Source: Patescibacteria group bacterium
GTDB lineage: Bacteria; Patescibacteriota; Microgenomatia; UBA1400; PJMF01
Direction: 5' to 3'
NCBI GenBank assembly: GCA_039934415.1
Contig: JBDTME010000001.1
Span: 404,785 to 440,460 of the forward strand
Length of the DNA stretch: 35,676 bases
Shown: in pieces, positions 1-9,415 of the stretch
Layout of the letters: the number at the start of each line of letters is the position of its first letter
Numbering within the stretch: the first letter of the stretch is position 1
The notes under the pieces: generated by a model
Seen by the model: only the letters and a program-made list of their open reading frames with translations
Databases searched by the model: none
What the model was told of the DNA's origin: nothing
Program-made: the position numbers and the translations under genes

Positions 1-175
1 TCGAAACGATCACAAACAATTCAACGCTGACTCGAGAAAACGCAATAAATAACCTGACCAAAAATTGGCCGGTTTTGAATTTTGTTTTCTCGTTAAAATA
101 CTTTTGAAAATTGCAGAATTTTTCCTCTAGATCGAAAGCCTTGAACTGTCACCCTCGACTTTTAGGGTGGAAAGT

Positions 176-204
176 ATAATAACAAGGATTTCTCCCCTGG
201 TCAA
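176..204 (-). promoter_or_regulatory. Canonical sigma70-type promoter pointing out of the left window edge
   Basis: Minus strand reads TTGACC (204-199), a 17-nt spacer, then TATTAT (181-176), followed by a hairpin (CACCCT 150-155 / AGGGTG 164-169 on +). Confidence 0.55.
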
Positions 205-353
205 GAGTGGAATTTCAAAGTGGGAGTGTCTCCTCCACTCAAGACCCATAGTGTTGATTTTTGGGATAAAAAAATAATACAATGCCTGCCGTTAAGATAG
301 GCTTTGCTCCAAGACTATTATAGCCACAAAGAGCGAGGGAAATGGCGAAGAAA

Positions 354-1352
354 TTACTTCAAGTATTTCTGGATGTTTTGAAGGTGTTGGTCGTACGTTT
401 CGGAGTAATGCATTTTTCCTTGTCCATCGGAGATGTAAAACAAGTTGTTAGAGGGTGTCGGGTCCGCTGCTGCTTGAAGGGCTTTCAAACCTGGATTGGA
501 AATTGGCGCGGGTGGTAAACCGGTCACTTTATAGGTATTGAAAGGTGAATCAATCTCTTTATCCGCAGACAGAGATGGAGTCCACCATTGTTTGGTCTTG
601 GTGTCGTATCCTTTGGCATACTGCATGGTGGCATCAACTTGTAGTGCCATGCCATTATCCAATCTGTTATTCAAAATGCCCGCCACGATTTTCATATCTT
701 CCTGGCTTTTTGCCTCACGCTCTAGGAGTGATGCCAAGATTACGACATCATTTAAATTTGTGTTGTTTTTTTGGAATTTTTTTTCAAGCCCATTTGCTTG
801 AACTACTTTATCAAAGTTTTTTCGTAACTGATCGTGCACAGTTTTGGCAGTGGCTTGAACTGGGAAAAGATAGGTATCAGGAAATAAGTACCCTTCATCC
901 TCAGCACTCAGTGTTAAAAATTCCTTCAGATCAAACTCACTAAACTCTGAGAAATACGCTGCAATCTCCTCTTTACGCTTTCCTTCTGGAATCGTCACCC
1001 ACACATCATCAGTACCTGTTGTTAGCTTCTGCACAATCTCTCTAGGACTTTGCGAAGCACTGAGTTTAAATGAGCCTGCTTGAATTTTGGTGGTAAGTTG
1101 ACGACGCCATACCAAATAACGAAACGCCCAAGCACTTTTGATCAATTGCTGCTCTTCGAGTCGATCACCAATTTTCTGGACTGACTGACCTTTAGGAACG
1201 ACAAATTGAACGGACTCAGTTGCTTGTGTATTTGCAGGCTGCAATACTTTGAATAACCAAGCCCAAACGATACCCACACCCATAAGCACCAACAGCATCG
1301 AGCTTGTGAGTACTATTAATAGTGTTTTTTTAGTAAGTAGTGACGATGACAT
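354..1352 (-). CDS. mltG: Endolytic transglycosylase MltG (YceG family)
   Basis: N-terminal TM helix; motifs TIPEG, EGYLFPDTY, LASLLEREA (catalytic Glu), LQVDAT, SPFNTY..GLPPAPISNPG. Confidence 0.95.
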   Translation of the reverse strand: MSSSLLTKKTLLIVLTSSMLLVLMGVGIVWAWLFKVLQPANTQATESVQFVVPKGQSVQKIGDRLEEQQLIKSAWAFRYLVWRRQLTTKIQAGSFKLSASQSPREIVQKLTTGTDDVWVTIPEGKRKEEIAAYFSEFSEFDLKEFLTLSAEDEGYLFPDTYLFPVQATAKTVHDQLRKNFDKVVQANGLEKKFQKNNTNLNDVVILASLLEREAKSQEDMKIVAGILNNRLDNGMALQVDATMQYAKGYDTKTKQWWTPSLSADKEIDSPFNTYKVTGLPPAPISNPGLKALQAAADPTPSNNLFYISDGQGKMHYSETYDQHLQNIQKYLK

Positions 1353-1434
1353 GAAAGGAAACGATACCGTTTTCAGGATTCTTTTTCAAGTTACAAAAAC
1401 TCACACCGCTCCTTGAATATATTTCATACTCAGA

Positions 1435-1821
1435 TCAATTATTCTCTTGTTCTTCCAAAAACTGTTGCAAAATATGAGCCGCGGCATAATGATCGATCGG
1501 CTCTTGGCGATCCTTCATCTTTTTACCAGATGCCAAAATCATTTTCTGAACTTCTTTGGAACTCATCGTTTCATCCATAAAGTGAATCGGCAAGTTCACT
1601 TGCTCTTTCAAAGCATGAGCAAATACTTTTGTCGCTTCCGCCATCTCGCCTTCAGAAACACCACAGACTATTTCATCGATCTGATACTCCTTGCACAACG
1701 CAACGATCTGGTCGATCGCGTCAGCATTCTGATGAACGATAATAACCGGCTCTGCTAGCCACCCCACTGACCGAGCAATTCCTATTCGCTTGGTTCCGTA
1801 ATCAATTCCTAAATAATTCAT
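1435..1821 (-). CDS. ruvX: RuvX/YqgF pre-16S rRNA nuclease
   Basis: LGIDYGTKRIGIA, DETMSS and DHYAAAHILQ motifs; 128 aa; usual neighbour of mltG and alaS. Confidence 0.92.
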   Translation of the reverse strand: MNYLGIDYGTKRIGIARSVGWLAEPVIIVHQNADAIDQIVALCKEYQIDEIVCGVSEGEMAEATKVFAHALKEQVNLPIHFMDETMSSKEVQKMILASGKKMKDRQEPIDHYAAAHILQQFLEEQENN

Positions 1822-1893
1822 GAGTATTCTTTGTCAGTCATTTTTAAAATAAAGATCAAAACTTAATCACTAAACTAAAATTTCTTTCTCCCC

Positions 1894-2832
1894 TCACTCT
1901 ACGTTTTCTAATCTCGAGACAACAACACCACGATGGAGGAAAGTACCTTCAGGTGTACACGTAATCAATTTTAGTTCCCTTCGAGAGTGTCGCTGTTCCA
2001 GAATGTACGTGTCTTCAGGATCAACTTCGTGTTTTTCCTCGACGATGTACGTGTATTTTACCCCATCATAGGTCAAGTAAATTGCATCTCCGGCTTCAAG
2101 CGTCATGATTTTACTAAAAATTGATTTCAACCGATTCGGGTTGGTCAACTCCGGTCGATAAAATTGACGAAGTACCGAGTGACCAAAGATGACTGGCGCA
2201 CCAAAATCGCCTGGATCAGCCGTTCCTGGATACTGAATCAGTGACTTATTTAGATCTGTTCCGCCCACTTTGACGCTGGTCCTCTCAATGCCTAGTTTGG
2301 GAATTTCAATAAAATACTCTTTCCCCTGCTGTTGAGCTTCTTTCTCAACTTCAGAAGGATCTCGGAACCAGTTTGCCAAATTAGAGTAATCCAGCTGCTC
2401 TCGCAAAATAATCGGTTTCGGTTTCGGCTTGATCAGTTCACCACTCGCCAACTCCGCAGCTTGAGCTCTCCCAACAGAAACCGTTTGCTCAGACGGAGAA
2501 ATGACATTTTCTTGTGGAACCGGTGCAGATAAACTAATTCGCTGTAATCCAGGTGAAGTGAAGATCGTAAAATATAAAATTGGCCACACTGCGTTTGCAA
2601 CTAAGATGCTCCCAAAAGTAATCAGTACCACCGGCAAAATGCGACGAACATGGTAGAACTTCGTTTGCAGTTTTTTTTCTTTTTTACGAAGGGTGTGAAC
2701 TTGATCAACAATCTCGTCAAACTCCTTGAGTTCGTGTTGCACATCAGCAACACTCATCCCAGATTTGATTGCCTCACGATATAAATCAAGAACAGCTTCC
2801 CGAGCAGATGTTGGCGTTGCTTGCGACTGCAT
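1894..2832 (-). CDS. Sortase family protein with N-terminal extension and TM anchor
   Basis: IEIPKLGI, IFGHS (His), LITCTP (Cys) and a downstream Arg; TM segment at about residues 65-90. Confidence 0.88.
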   Translation of the reverse strand: MQSQATPTSAREAVLDLYREAIKSGMSVADVQHELKEFDEIVDQVHTLRKKEKKLQTKFYHVRRILPVVLITFGSILVANAVWPILYFTIFTSPGLQRISLSAPVPQENVISPSEQTVSVGRAQAAELASGELIKPKPKPIILREQLDYSNLANWFRDPSEVEKEAQQQGKEYFIEIPKLGIERTSVKVGGTDLNKSLIQYPGTADPGDFGAPVIFGHSVLRQFYRPELTNPNRLKSIFSKIMTLEAGDAIYLTYDGVKYTYIVEEKHEVDPEDTYILEQRHSRRELKLITCTPEGTFLHRGVVVSRLENVE

Positions 2833-2853
2833 ATACGTTGTAACTTCCTCACC

Positions 2854-5145
2854 TCACTCTACTTTTTTCTTCAATGTAATTTTTTTCTTGTCATCTGGTA
2901 AGCGAGCAACGAGGAACTCAGCAATTCCAGGACTCAAATGAATGGTACTTGATTTGATCTCCGCTTTTTCAGACAAAATCTGCCTCGCCTGTTCCAAAGT
3001 CTTACCTTTAATATCATCCAACCAAGCCTCTGAGTTCGTAGGAGGAACATACTCTGAAGTCAAGGTTGCATCGAGAGTTAAACTAGCTGAACTGGTCGCG
3101 TTTTGGCTTTCCTTCGATAAAATACTGATCTTATTCTCGATCAGTGCCCCACCATCAGGCACTAACCCGGCTAATTGTTCACGAGCAATCGGCTGTAAAT
3201 CACTAGACTTATATGTGTATGCTTCGACACTCAATGTCATCGTTAACGTGAGCTTCTCAGTTTCCTCTCCCACTTTGGCACTAAACGTTTCCTTTTTCAC
3301 TTGTGACTTGCCGCTTAACACTAAATAATCTCCCGATGCTAAGCCTGACTTCATTTCTGATTCTGCTTTTTTCATCAGACTCTTTTTTAAATCTGTCTCT
3401 AATTTTTGTTGATCTTCTTTTGATACTGCTTGAATTTCCCGACTTGAACCGCCTGCAATTGCTTTATCGTTTCGTGCTGTATAGGTGTCTTTACCAAAAT
3501 TGCCAACTGAAAAATCCGTGTCTTTATCCAAATTTGACTCAGCTCCAATCTCTTTGGCGGTAACGCTAACATCCTTTTTCCCATATTGAACAGTCTGCCC
3601 GTTGTCATTTTCTTGGGTGCTGGCTGATGCAACTGTTACGTCTTGATCAGTAAAAAACAACTTAGTACCTGATTTAATCTCAGTACCTTTGGCAATGGTT
3701 TTAAGACTCGTTGTTTTATTTAAAATTGTCACTGTTCCTTTAGCGTTCTCACCAATGATCTTTGAACCGTGAGTACTAGTTTCTTGATTGTCTGTTTCTT
3801 CTTTGTTGACGATAGACACCTTTAAGACTTTCTTTTCTGCATCTGTAACTGGAATATTAGGATTGAGCGCTACTTTGGCATCAACTGAAACTGGGATGGT
3901 TTTTAGAATAATTTCGACATTCGCAACTCGCTGAATGACAACCCAACCATATACACCCGCCGCCATCACTAACAAAAACCCACCCACGACCACTCCCAAT
4001 ATCCCAATTGTTCTCGTATTTTTGCGAGGAAATAATCGCCGTGTTGGTGTTTCAGCAGAGGGATCTGACGCAATGCTTGATCTAGAAAAGACTGCTGGCA
4101 GTGCAAAAACTGGGAGTTTAAATTTGGGCAATTTGAATTTGAACGCAGCTTTTGCCGGCTGCTCCGCATACTCAGCATCAATGACTGATTCGTCAATTGC
4201 ATACTCTGGTTCTACTTCAGCTGAAGTAGGAGGTTCCATGGATTTAACGACTTTAGAAGGCATCGGAATTCCAAAAGAGCTGACTTTAGCGGATTCTGTC
4301 GGTTGATCCATCGCTGTAAAACCAAAGTCGGTATCCTCAGTGTGAACAGGCTTTACTGCTACCACGGAACTTTCTTGATGTGTATCGACAGGAGTCAATT
4401 CAGTATGTAGTGTCTCGCTACCACCAGCGATACAAGCTGCTTCGACCATGTCAGACCGAGACAAAATATCAATCGACGGCAAATGGTGAAACAACTTGGT
4501 CGTATCCCAATCGTGAGCTAAGAAAGTCTGTTTATCTTGTTCCAATTGGTCCATCGGTACTTCAAATGAGAAAAAATACATTTGAGCAGGCAGTGGTTGT
4601 TTCTCTAGTCGACTTAGTCCTTCTATCAAATCATCAACAAATTTATCACTGCGGCCCATCGTTTCTTTTTGTAACAACTGTCCATGTTCAGTCAAAAAAA
4701 GACGATACTCATTGGCACAAACCTGTAAATATAATGTCAGAGCAGCTGACGTTTTAAACTGAAAAATGAAATGAAATAACGCTTCAAGCGTGACGACAAA
4801 TCCGACTGGATGTAACACTAACTTTTGAGTAATTTTCTTTAAAACTTCTTTGTACTCAGGTTTGATATCAGCAGGTGTTACCCACTCTTGCGGTAAACTA
4901 AAAAGTACTTTTGTTACACCTTCTGCTTCTTCGTGGAACTCTTCGAGTCCTAATTCCACCGCATCACTCAAAGATATTAACTCCAACCATTCTTTCGGTG
5001 TACCAATCGACAACACTTTTGGTCGACCATTAACGACTCCCCAAATTGCCAACGTTACAAAAGAATCCTCGATCAGACAAGTAAAATACTTCTCCACGAT
5101 CTCTGACGAACTTATCTTTTGGGCCAACACGTTTGCGAATTGCAT
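2854..5145 (-). CDS. 763-aa single-pass membrane protein: cytoplasmic N-domain, acidic linker, TM, baseplate J/gp47-like C-domain
   Basis: One TM (IGILGVVVGGFLLVMAAGVYGWVVI). The C-terminal part has AKGTVTILN, FFTDQDVTV, VSVTAKEIGAESN and GGS...VSKED, resembling baseplate-J-like proteins. The N-domain only loosely resembles FtsA/PilM. Confidence 0.6.
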   Translation of the reverse strand: MQFANVLAQKISSSEIVEKYFTCLIEDSFVTLAIWGVVNGRPKVLSIGTPKEWLELISLSDAVELGLEEFHEEAEGVTKVLFSLPQEWVTPADIKPEYKEVLKKITQKLVLHPVGFVVTLEALFHFIFQFKTSAALTLYLQVCANEYRLFLTEHGQLLQKETMGRSDKFVDDLIEGLSRLEKQPLPAQMYFFSFEVPMDQLEQDKQTFLAHDWDTTKLFHHLPSIDILSRSDMVEAACIAGGSETLHTELTPVDTHQESSVVAVKPVHTEDTDFGFTAMDQPTESAKVSSFGIPMPSKVVKSMEPPTSAEVEPEYAIDESVIDAEYAEQPAKAAFKFKLPKFKLPVFALPAVFSRSSIASDPSAETPTRRLFPRKNTRTIGILGVVVGGFLLVMAAGVYGWVVIQRVANVEIILKTIPVSVDAKVALNPNIPVTDAEKKVLKVSIVNKEETDNQETSTHGSKIIGENAKGTVTILNKTTSLKTIAKGTEIKSGTKLFFTDQDVTVASASTQENDNGQTVQYGKKDVSVTAKEIGAESNLDKDTDFSVGNFGKDTYTARNDKAIAGGSSREIQAVSKEDQQKLETDLKKSLMKKAESEMKSGLASGDYLVLSGKSQVKKETFSAKVGEETEKLTLTMTLSVEAYTYKSSDLQPIAREQLAGLVPDGGALIENKISILSKESQNATSSASLTLDATLTSEYVPPTNSEAWLDDIKGKTLEQARQILSEKAEIKSSTIHLSPGIAEFLVARLPDDKKKITLKKKVE

Positions 5146-5524
5146 AGCAACAATTCCCTGTTTTTAAAAAGGGAATACTACCATTAAAACAAACTTTACT
5201 CCGGAGGGAAAGGGTGACTTGTGCGAAAGATGAATTTATTTTTTCATTCCCCCTCCCCTCTCATTATAAAAGTGTACTAGGATTGGACTAGAACTAGCCT
5301 AAAATATAGGCTAAAACTAGGCTATGAATATAGTATCTCCCATACAGCTGCAAGAAACTATTTCTGATGAGCTCAAAAATCTCTTACAAGAAAAAGTAGA
5401 CAGTTTTGAAATTTAATCATTCACAACCTGAAAAAGAATCCACAACTTCCAATCGACCTCAGTCTTAAAAGTCAAACAAGGAAATAGTAACTGATAAAAT
5501 ATACTCGTGTTGGAACCTATTTTC

Positions 5525-7390
5525 TCACACTAAATAAATTCGTCTCACTCCTGCTGATACTGCTTGTTCTTTTTGAATTTTAAGTTGACCGATCTGACCG
5601 GTGTGTTCGACGTGAGGGCCGCCGCAAAATTCTTTGGAAACCCAGTCATCGTCAACATCTTTACCTACAGTGTAGACAGAAACTTCGTCTGGATATTTTT
5701 CGATAAAAAAGGCGATCGCACCTAATTTGAGCGCGTCTTCTTTTTTCATGACTTGCTTGGTGACAGGCAAATCTTGAGCAACCCACTCGTTGATCTGATC
5801 CTCAACTTGCTTCTTTTCTTCTTCAGTCATGGCTTGTGGATGTGAGAAATCAAATCGTAGTCGTTCACCAGTAATATTCGAACCCTTTTGCTGAACGTGT
5901 GTGCCTAACACTTTTCGTAGTGCCGCATGAAGTAAGTGCGTGGCGGTGTGATACTTGGTCGTTTGCTCGGAGTGATCCTGTAAACCACCTTTGAACATAC
6001 CCACTGATGCGCTGCGTGATTGCTCAGCATGTTTAGTTTTCTCGGCATTAAAGTCAATTTCAGTCAGTTCCACATTTTTTTCTTTGGCAATTTCTTGTGT
6101 GAGTTCGAAAGGAAAACCGTACGTTTCATAGAGCTGAAAAGCAACTTGGGCATTTAACTCCCCCACTTTTTCAATCTCTCGCATGCCTTTTTCTAAAGCT
6201 CGTTGAAATTTGCTTTCTTCTTCTTCTAAGACACGGCTAATTTGCTCTACTTGCCTACTCACCTCAGGATATGGTTCGGCGTAGATACTAGAAACTGCTT
6301 TGACAATCTCAGCCACAAATGGGTTTTCAATTCCAATCATTTTGGCGTAACGAATTGACCGACGAACTAAACGGCGCGAAAAGTAACCTTGAGCTTTATT
6401 GGATGGGAAAATACCATCCGATGCTAACATGACAGCTGCCCGCATGTGATCGGAGATCACGCGAAAAGATCGAGTGTGAACTTCATCATCACCGTATGTG
6501 ACACCACTAATTTTTTCAATCACTTTCACAATTGGTTGAAACGCATCGGTTCTAAATACATCAATCTCATTATTTGCTGGCGCCAAAATCCGTTCCAACC
6601 CTCCTCCAAAGTCCACATTTGGCTTCGACAGTTTCTCAAAACCATTATCTGTCTTCACGTATTCCATAAACACACTGTTTCCAATTTCCATAAACCTTCC
6701 ACAATCACAATTGACATGACATGGTTCGTCTTTGAACTGAGAATTTTCATGGAGCTTTAACTCCACGCCAAAATCATAGAAGACTTCACTATCTGGGCCA
6801 CCTGGTTCACCAACAGGCATGTTTGAAGGTACTCCGGCACGTGACCACCAATTTTTCTTGGCGTCATAATAAAAGATACGCCCGTCTTTCATCCCATCTT
6901 TTTCGGCAAAATCTACATCTTGGGCTTCAATATTTTTTTCTTTAAATAATTGTTTCCAAATTTCGACTGACTCGGTATCTTTCGGCACATCAATCTCAGG
7001 CGCACCACGAAAGACCGTTACAAACAATCTGTTGGGATCTAATCCCATTCCATCCGTTTTATCAGTCAAAAACGTAAAAAACCAAGTGAGTTGTTCTTTT
7101 TTGAAGTAATCGCCGAGCGACCAATTCCCCAACATTTCAAAGAAAGTGGTATGACGATTGTCCCCTACTTCCTCGATATCTTGAGATCTGAAACATTTTT
7201 GGGAGTCAACAATACGAGTGCCTAATTGGTGTTTTTGCCCCAATAAATACGGCACCATTGGCTGCATACCAGAACCAGTAAATAGAGTTGTAGGATCGTT
7301 ATCAGGTACTAAGGGAGAAGACGGCACGATCGCATGCCCATTTTTTTGAAAAAAGTTTAAATATTTTTGGCGAAGTTCATTCGGTGTCAT
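5525..7390 (-). CDS. alaS: Alanine--tRNA ligase, short form (621 aa)
   Basis: DPTTLFTGSGMQP, RHTTFFEMLGNWSLGDYFK, DFGGGLERI, DHMRA; editing motifs HTATH and CGGPH; ends at GVRRI. Confidence 0.97.
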   Translation of the reverse strand: MTPNELRQKYLNFFQKNGHAIVPSSPLVPDNDPTTLFTGSGMQPMVPYLLGQKHQLGTRIVDSQKCFRSQDIEEVGDNRHTTFFEMLGNWSLGDYFKKEQLTWFFTFLTDKTDGMGLDPNRLFVTVFRGAPEIDVPKDTESVEIWKQLFKEKNIEAQDVDFAEKDGMKDGRIFYYDAKKNWWSRAGVPSNMPVGEPGGPDSEVFYDFGVELKLHENSQFKDEPCHVNCDCGRFMEIGNSVFMEYVKTDNGFEKLSKPNVDFGGGLERILAPANNEIDVFRTDAFQPIVKVIEKISGVTYGDDEVHTRSFRVISDHMRAAVMLASDGIFPSNKAQGYFSRRLVRRSIRYAKMIGIENPFVAEIVKAVSSIYAEPYPEVSRQVEQISRVLEEEESKFQRALEKGMREIEKVGELNAQVAFQLYETYGFPFELTQEIAKEKNVELTEIDFNAEKTKHAEQSRSASVGMFKGGLQDHSEQTTKYHTATHLLHAALRKVLGTHVQQKGSNITGERLRFDFSHPQAMTEEEKKQVEDQINEWVAQDLPVTKQVMKKEDALKLGAIAFFIEKYPDEVSVYTVGKDVDDDWVSKEFCGGPHVEHTGQIGQLKIQKEQAVSAGVRRIYLV

Positions 7391-7424
7391 GGCAGATATT
7401 GTATCATCTACTCGAAAAAATTCG

Positions 7425-8048
7425 TCATTTTGATTTCACTTTGCCAGTGAAACCCACAGAGTTTCCAATTCTTGCCTCAGCCAACCGATGTTCAAACAAA
7501 TGGCTACCCAAATCAGCCAGTGTTTTTAAGATCACCAGTATGACAAGCGCATACACTGAGTGATTACTCAAAACGAAGAATCCCCCGAGTATCACTGTTA
7601 AATGCATCACAATTACCCGAGGATATGGTGAGATGAATAATCGTTCAACGCTAGTATGTAAATACTCACCTCGACCCAAGTAGTTCGTTTGGTATGAAAT
7701 AAAATGACTCAAACACATTGATAAAAAGGTCAGAAAAATTCCCCAAAGTGACGCTTCCGGTGAGTAGAAAAAAATTAAGACGAAAATTCCGTGTACCAAG
7801 GTAAACATACCAAAATGAATAGTGAAGAAAGGGATAAAGAATGAACGCTCTGCCTGAACCGAATCCAGGTTGCCAGCTTCGGCACGTTTCATTTTTTGAA
7901 CTGTGAACACTCCAATCAAGACATTTTCTAACCAGTACAAAACCATCAAGGAGAAAACATTCCAATGAAAATAAATAACACCAAACAATGGGATAAGATT
8001 TGAAACGAGTAGGGAAAAAACTGCGAAAATATTCGAAATCGTTTTCAC
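7425..8048 (-). CDS. DUF6498-like multi-pass membrane protein
   Basis: NLIPLFGV, YWLEN, FFTIHFGMFTLVH, PYPRVIVMH and LKTLAD pattern; about 6 TM segments; GTG start. Confidence 0.7.
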   Translation of the reverse strand: MKTISNIFAVFSLLVSNLIPLFGVIYFHWNVFSLMVLYWLENVLIGVFTVQKMKRAEAGNLDSVQAERSFFIPFFTIHFGMFTLVHGIFVLIFFYSPEASLWGIFLTFLSMCLSHFISYQTNYLGRGEYLHTSVERLFISPYPRVIVMHLTVILGGFFVLSNHSVYALVILVILKTLADLGSHLFEHRLAEARIGNSVGFTGKVKSK

Positions 8049-8057
8049 AAAATACCT

Positions 8058-8390
8058 TTATACGCCCTTGAACTTCTTGGTCTCTTTCTTTTTCGGAGCT
8101 TCCATTCTTTTGACTGGTGCTCTTTTAATCGTTGTCGTTTTGACCAGGCGCTTGGGTTCGATGATGTGTTCAATAGTATGTTGCACTGTTTCAGGCAAAG
8201 ACTTCGTCGCATCTTCAATGGCACCGGACTTAGCCATCTCTTCTTTGGCTTTCTCCCACTCTTCTGCTAACTTTTGGCGTGCTTTTTTACCTTCTTCTGT
8301 TTTTAAGAAAAAATAGCTCGCAGCTCCAGCAATAGCACCAAACATTAAACCACTGAAAAAATTTCCACTAGTCTGTTTATCTTCAGTCAT
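8058..8390 (-). CDS. YtxH-like protein
   Basis: FFSGLMFGAIAGAASYFFL followed by GKKARQKL and a charged helical tail. Confidence 0.7.
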   Translation of the reverse strand: MTEDKQTSGNFFSGLMFGAIAGAASYFFLKTEEGKKARQKLAEEWEKAKEEMAKSGAIEDATKSLPETVQHTIEHIIEPKRLVKTTTIKRAPVKRMEAPKKKETKKFKGV

Positions 8391-8391
8391 A

Positions 8392-8661
8392 CTATTCCTT
8401 TTTGCCTTCTTTATTTAACCAACTCATGAATGCAGTTGCTACCTTTAATCCACTCTTGAGTCCGTCCATTGTACCACCCAGTCCAGCTAACGGAGCGATT
8501 ACTTGATTCGTTGCTTTCTCAAAGGTTTCAGTTAATATATTCACCTTTTTCAAGGTCAGCTTCACTTCTTGCAAAACCAAAATGACTTGAATACCAGCTA
8601 CAACCAAGACAATTCCGAAAATGCAGATGACGATGGTGAGTATGATAATAACTGGATCCAT
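8392..8661 (-). CDS. Small membrane protein, YtxG/DUF948-like
   Basis: N-terminal TM then an amphipathic helix; 1 nt upstream of the YtxH-like gene, the usual pairing. Confidence 0.55.
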   Translation of the reverse strand: MDPVIIILTIVICIFGIVLVVAGIQVILVLQEVKLTLKKVNILTETFEKATNQVIAPLAGLGGTMDGLKSGLKVATAFMSWLNKEGKKE

Positions 8662-8738
8662 ATGTGCCTTAAAATTGAGTGCTATTGTACTACAGTATAT
8701 ACCAAATCAAATGTAATTTTAAATTTCAAATTGAGAGA

Positions 8739-9377
8739 CTACTCTTTGACAGTCACAGTTCTTTGTATCGTGCTGGTTCGTTGATGACGATCGGCTGACT
8801 GAATGGTAATTGTGTAAGTGCCGTCATCTGGAAAAAATACAGTTGTTTCAAACATCCCATCTGGAGTAATCGCTGTCGGTTTTGAGTCAACTGTCACAAC
8901 AGCATCGATGCTTGTCTTACCTCTTACTGTCACATTTTTTTGCACATTTTCATTTTGCTCTGGACTACTCACTACGAGTGGGGGCGGTTGCCGAAATTTC
9001 CACCACTGTAAAGCGGCATACCCTAAGACCAGAATAACGACGAATGTTGTAGAAATGGCGACGGTCAATCTGGGTCCAACCCAAGTTTGTTGTCTTTTTA
9101 TTTGTTTCAAAAACTGGCGCGGTACAATTTTGCCTTTTTCACCTGTTTTAAAGTCTCGACGCAATAAGGCAAGAATTGTTTCCGGATCCAATCCTAAATA
9201 ATTAGCGTACGAGTGTAAGAAACCACGCACAAATGGTTCTGCTGGTAACTCCTCAAACCGATTATCTTCGATCGCTTTAAGAAACTCGACACGAATTCGA
9301 GTAATTTGAGCAATTTTTTCCAGAGAAATGTTTTGTTTGAGGCGATATTCAGCCAGTACTTGTCCAACTTTCTTCAT
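8739..9377 (-). CDS. RodZ-like HTH membrane protein with Ig-like C-terminus
   Basis: HTH_25 signature (VGQVL..YRLKQNISLEKIA...LKAIE...LPAEPFVRGFLHSYANYLGLD), one TM, beta-rich C-domain. Confidence 0.85.
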   Translation of the reverse strand: MKKVGQVLAEYRLKQNISLEKIAQITRIRVEFLKAIEDNRFEELPAEPFVRGFLHSYANYLGLDPETILALLRRDFKTGEKGKIVPRQFLKQIKRQQTWVGPRLTVAISTTFVVILVLGYAALQWWKFRQPPPLVVSSPEQNENVQKNVTVRGKTSIDAVVTVDSKPTAITPDGMFETTVFFPDDGTYTITIQSADRHQRTSTIQRTVTVKE

Positions 9378-9415
9378 AGGCTCTGACTATTATATAGAGC
9401 TTGTTGGATTGTGCA

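Noticed and set aside
128-250. 40-codon minus-strand ORF MGLEWRRH...
   Set aside because: No SD or adjacent -10 box, it overlaps a consensus promoter, and it has no recognisable protein features.
280-312. GCAAAGCC on the minus strand resembling a c-di-GMP-I riboswitch
   Set aside because: The first GGCAAA...GAAA hairpin and the receptor stem are absent.
2854-5145. Prophage or contractile injection system
   Set aside because: No sheath, tube, terminase, capsid or integrase genes; the protein has a TM anchor and core-gene neighbours.
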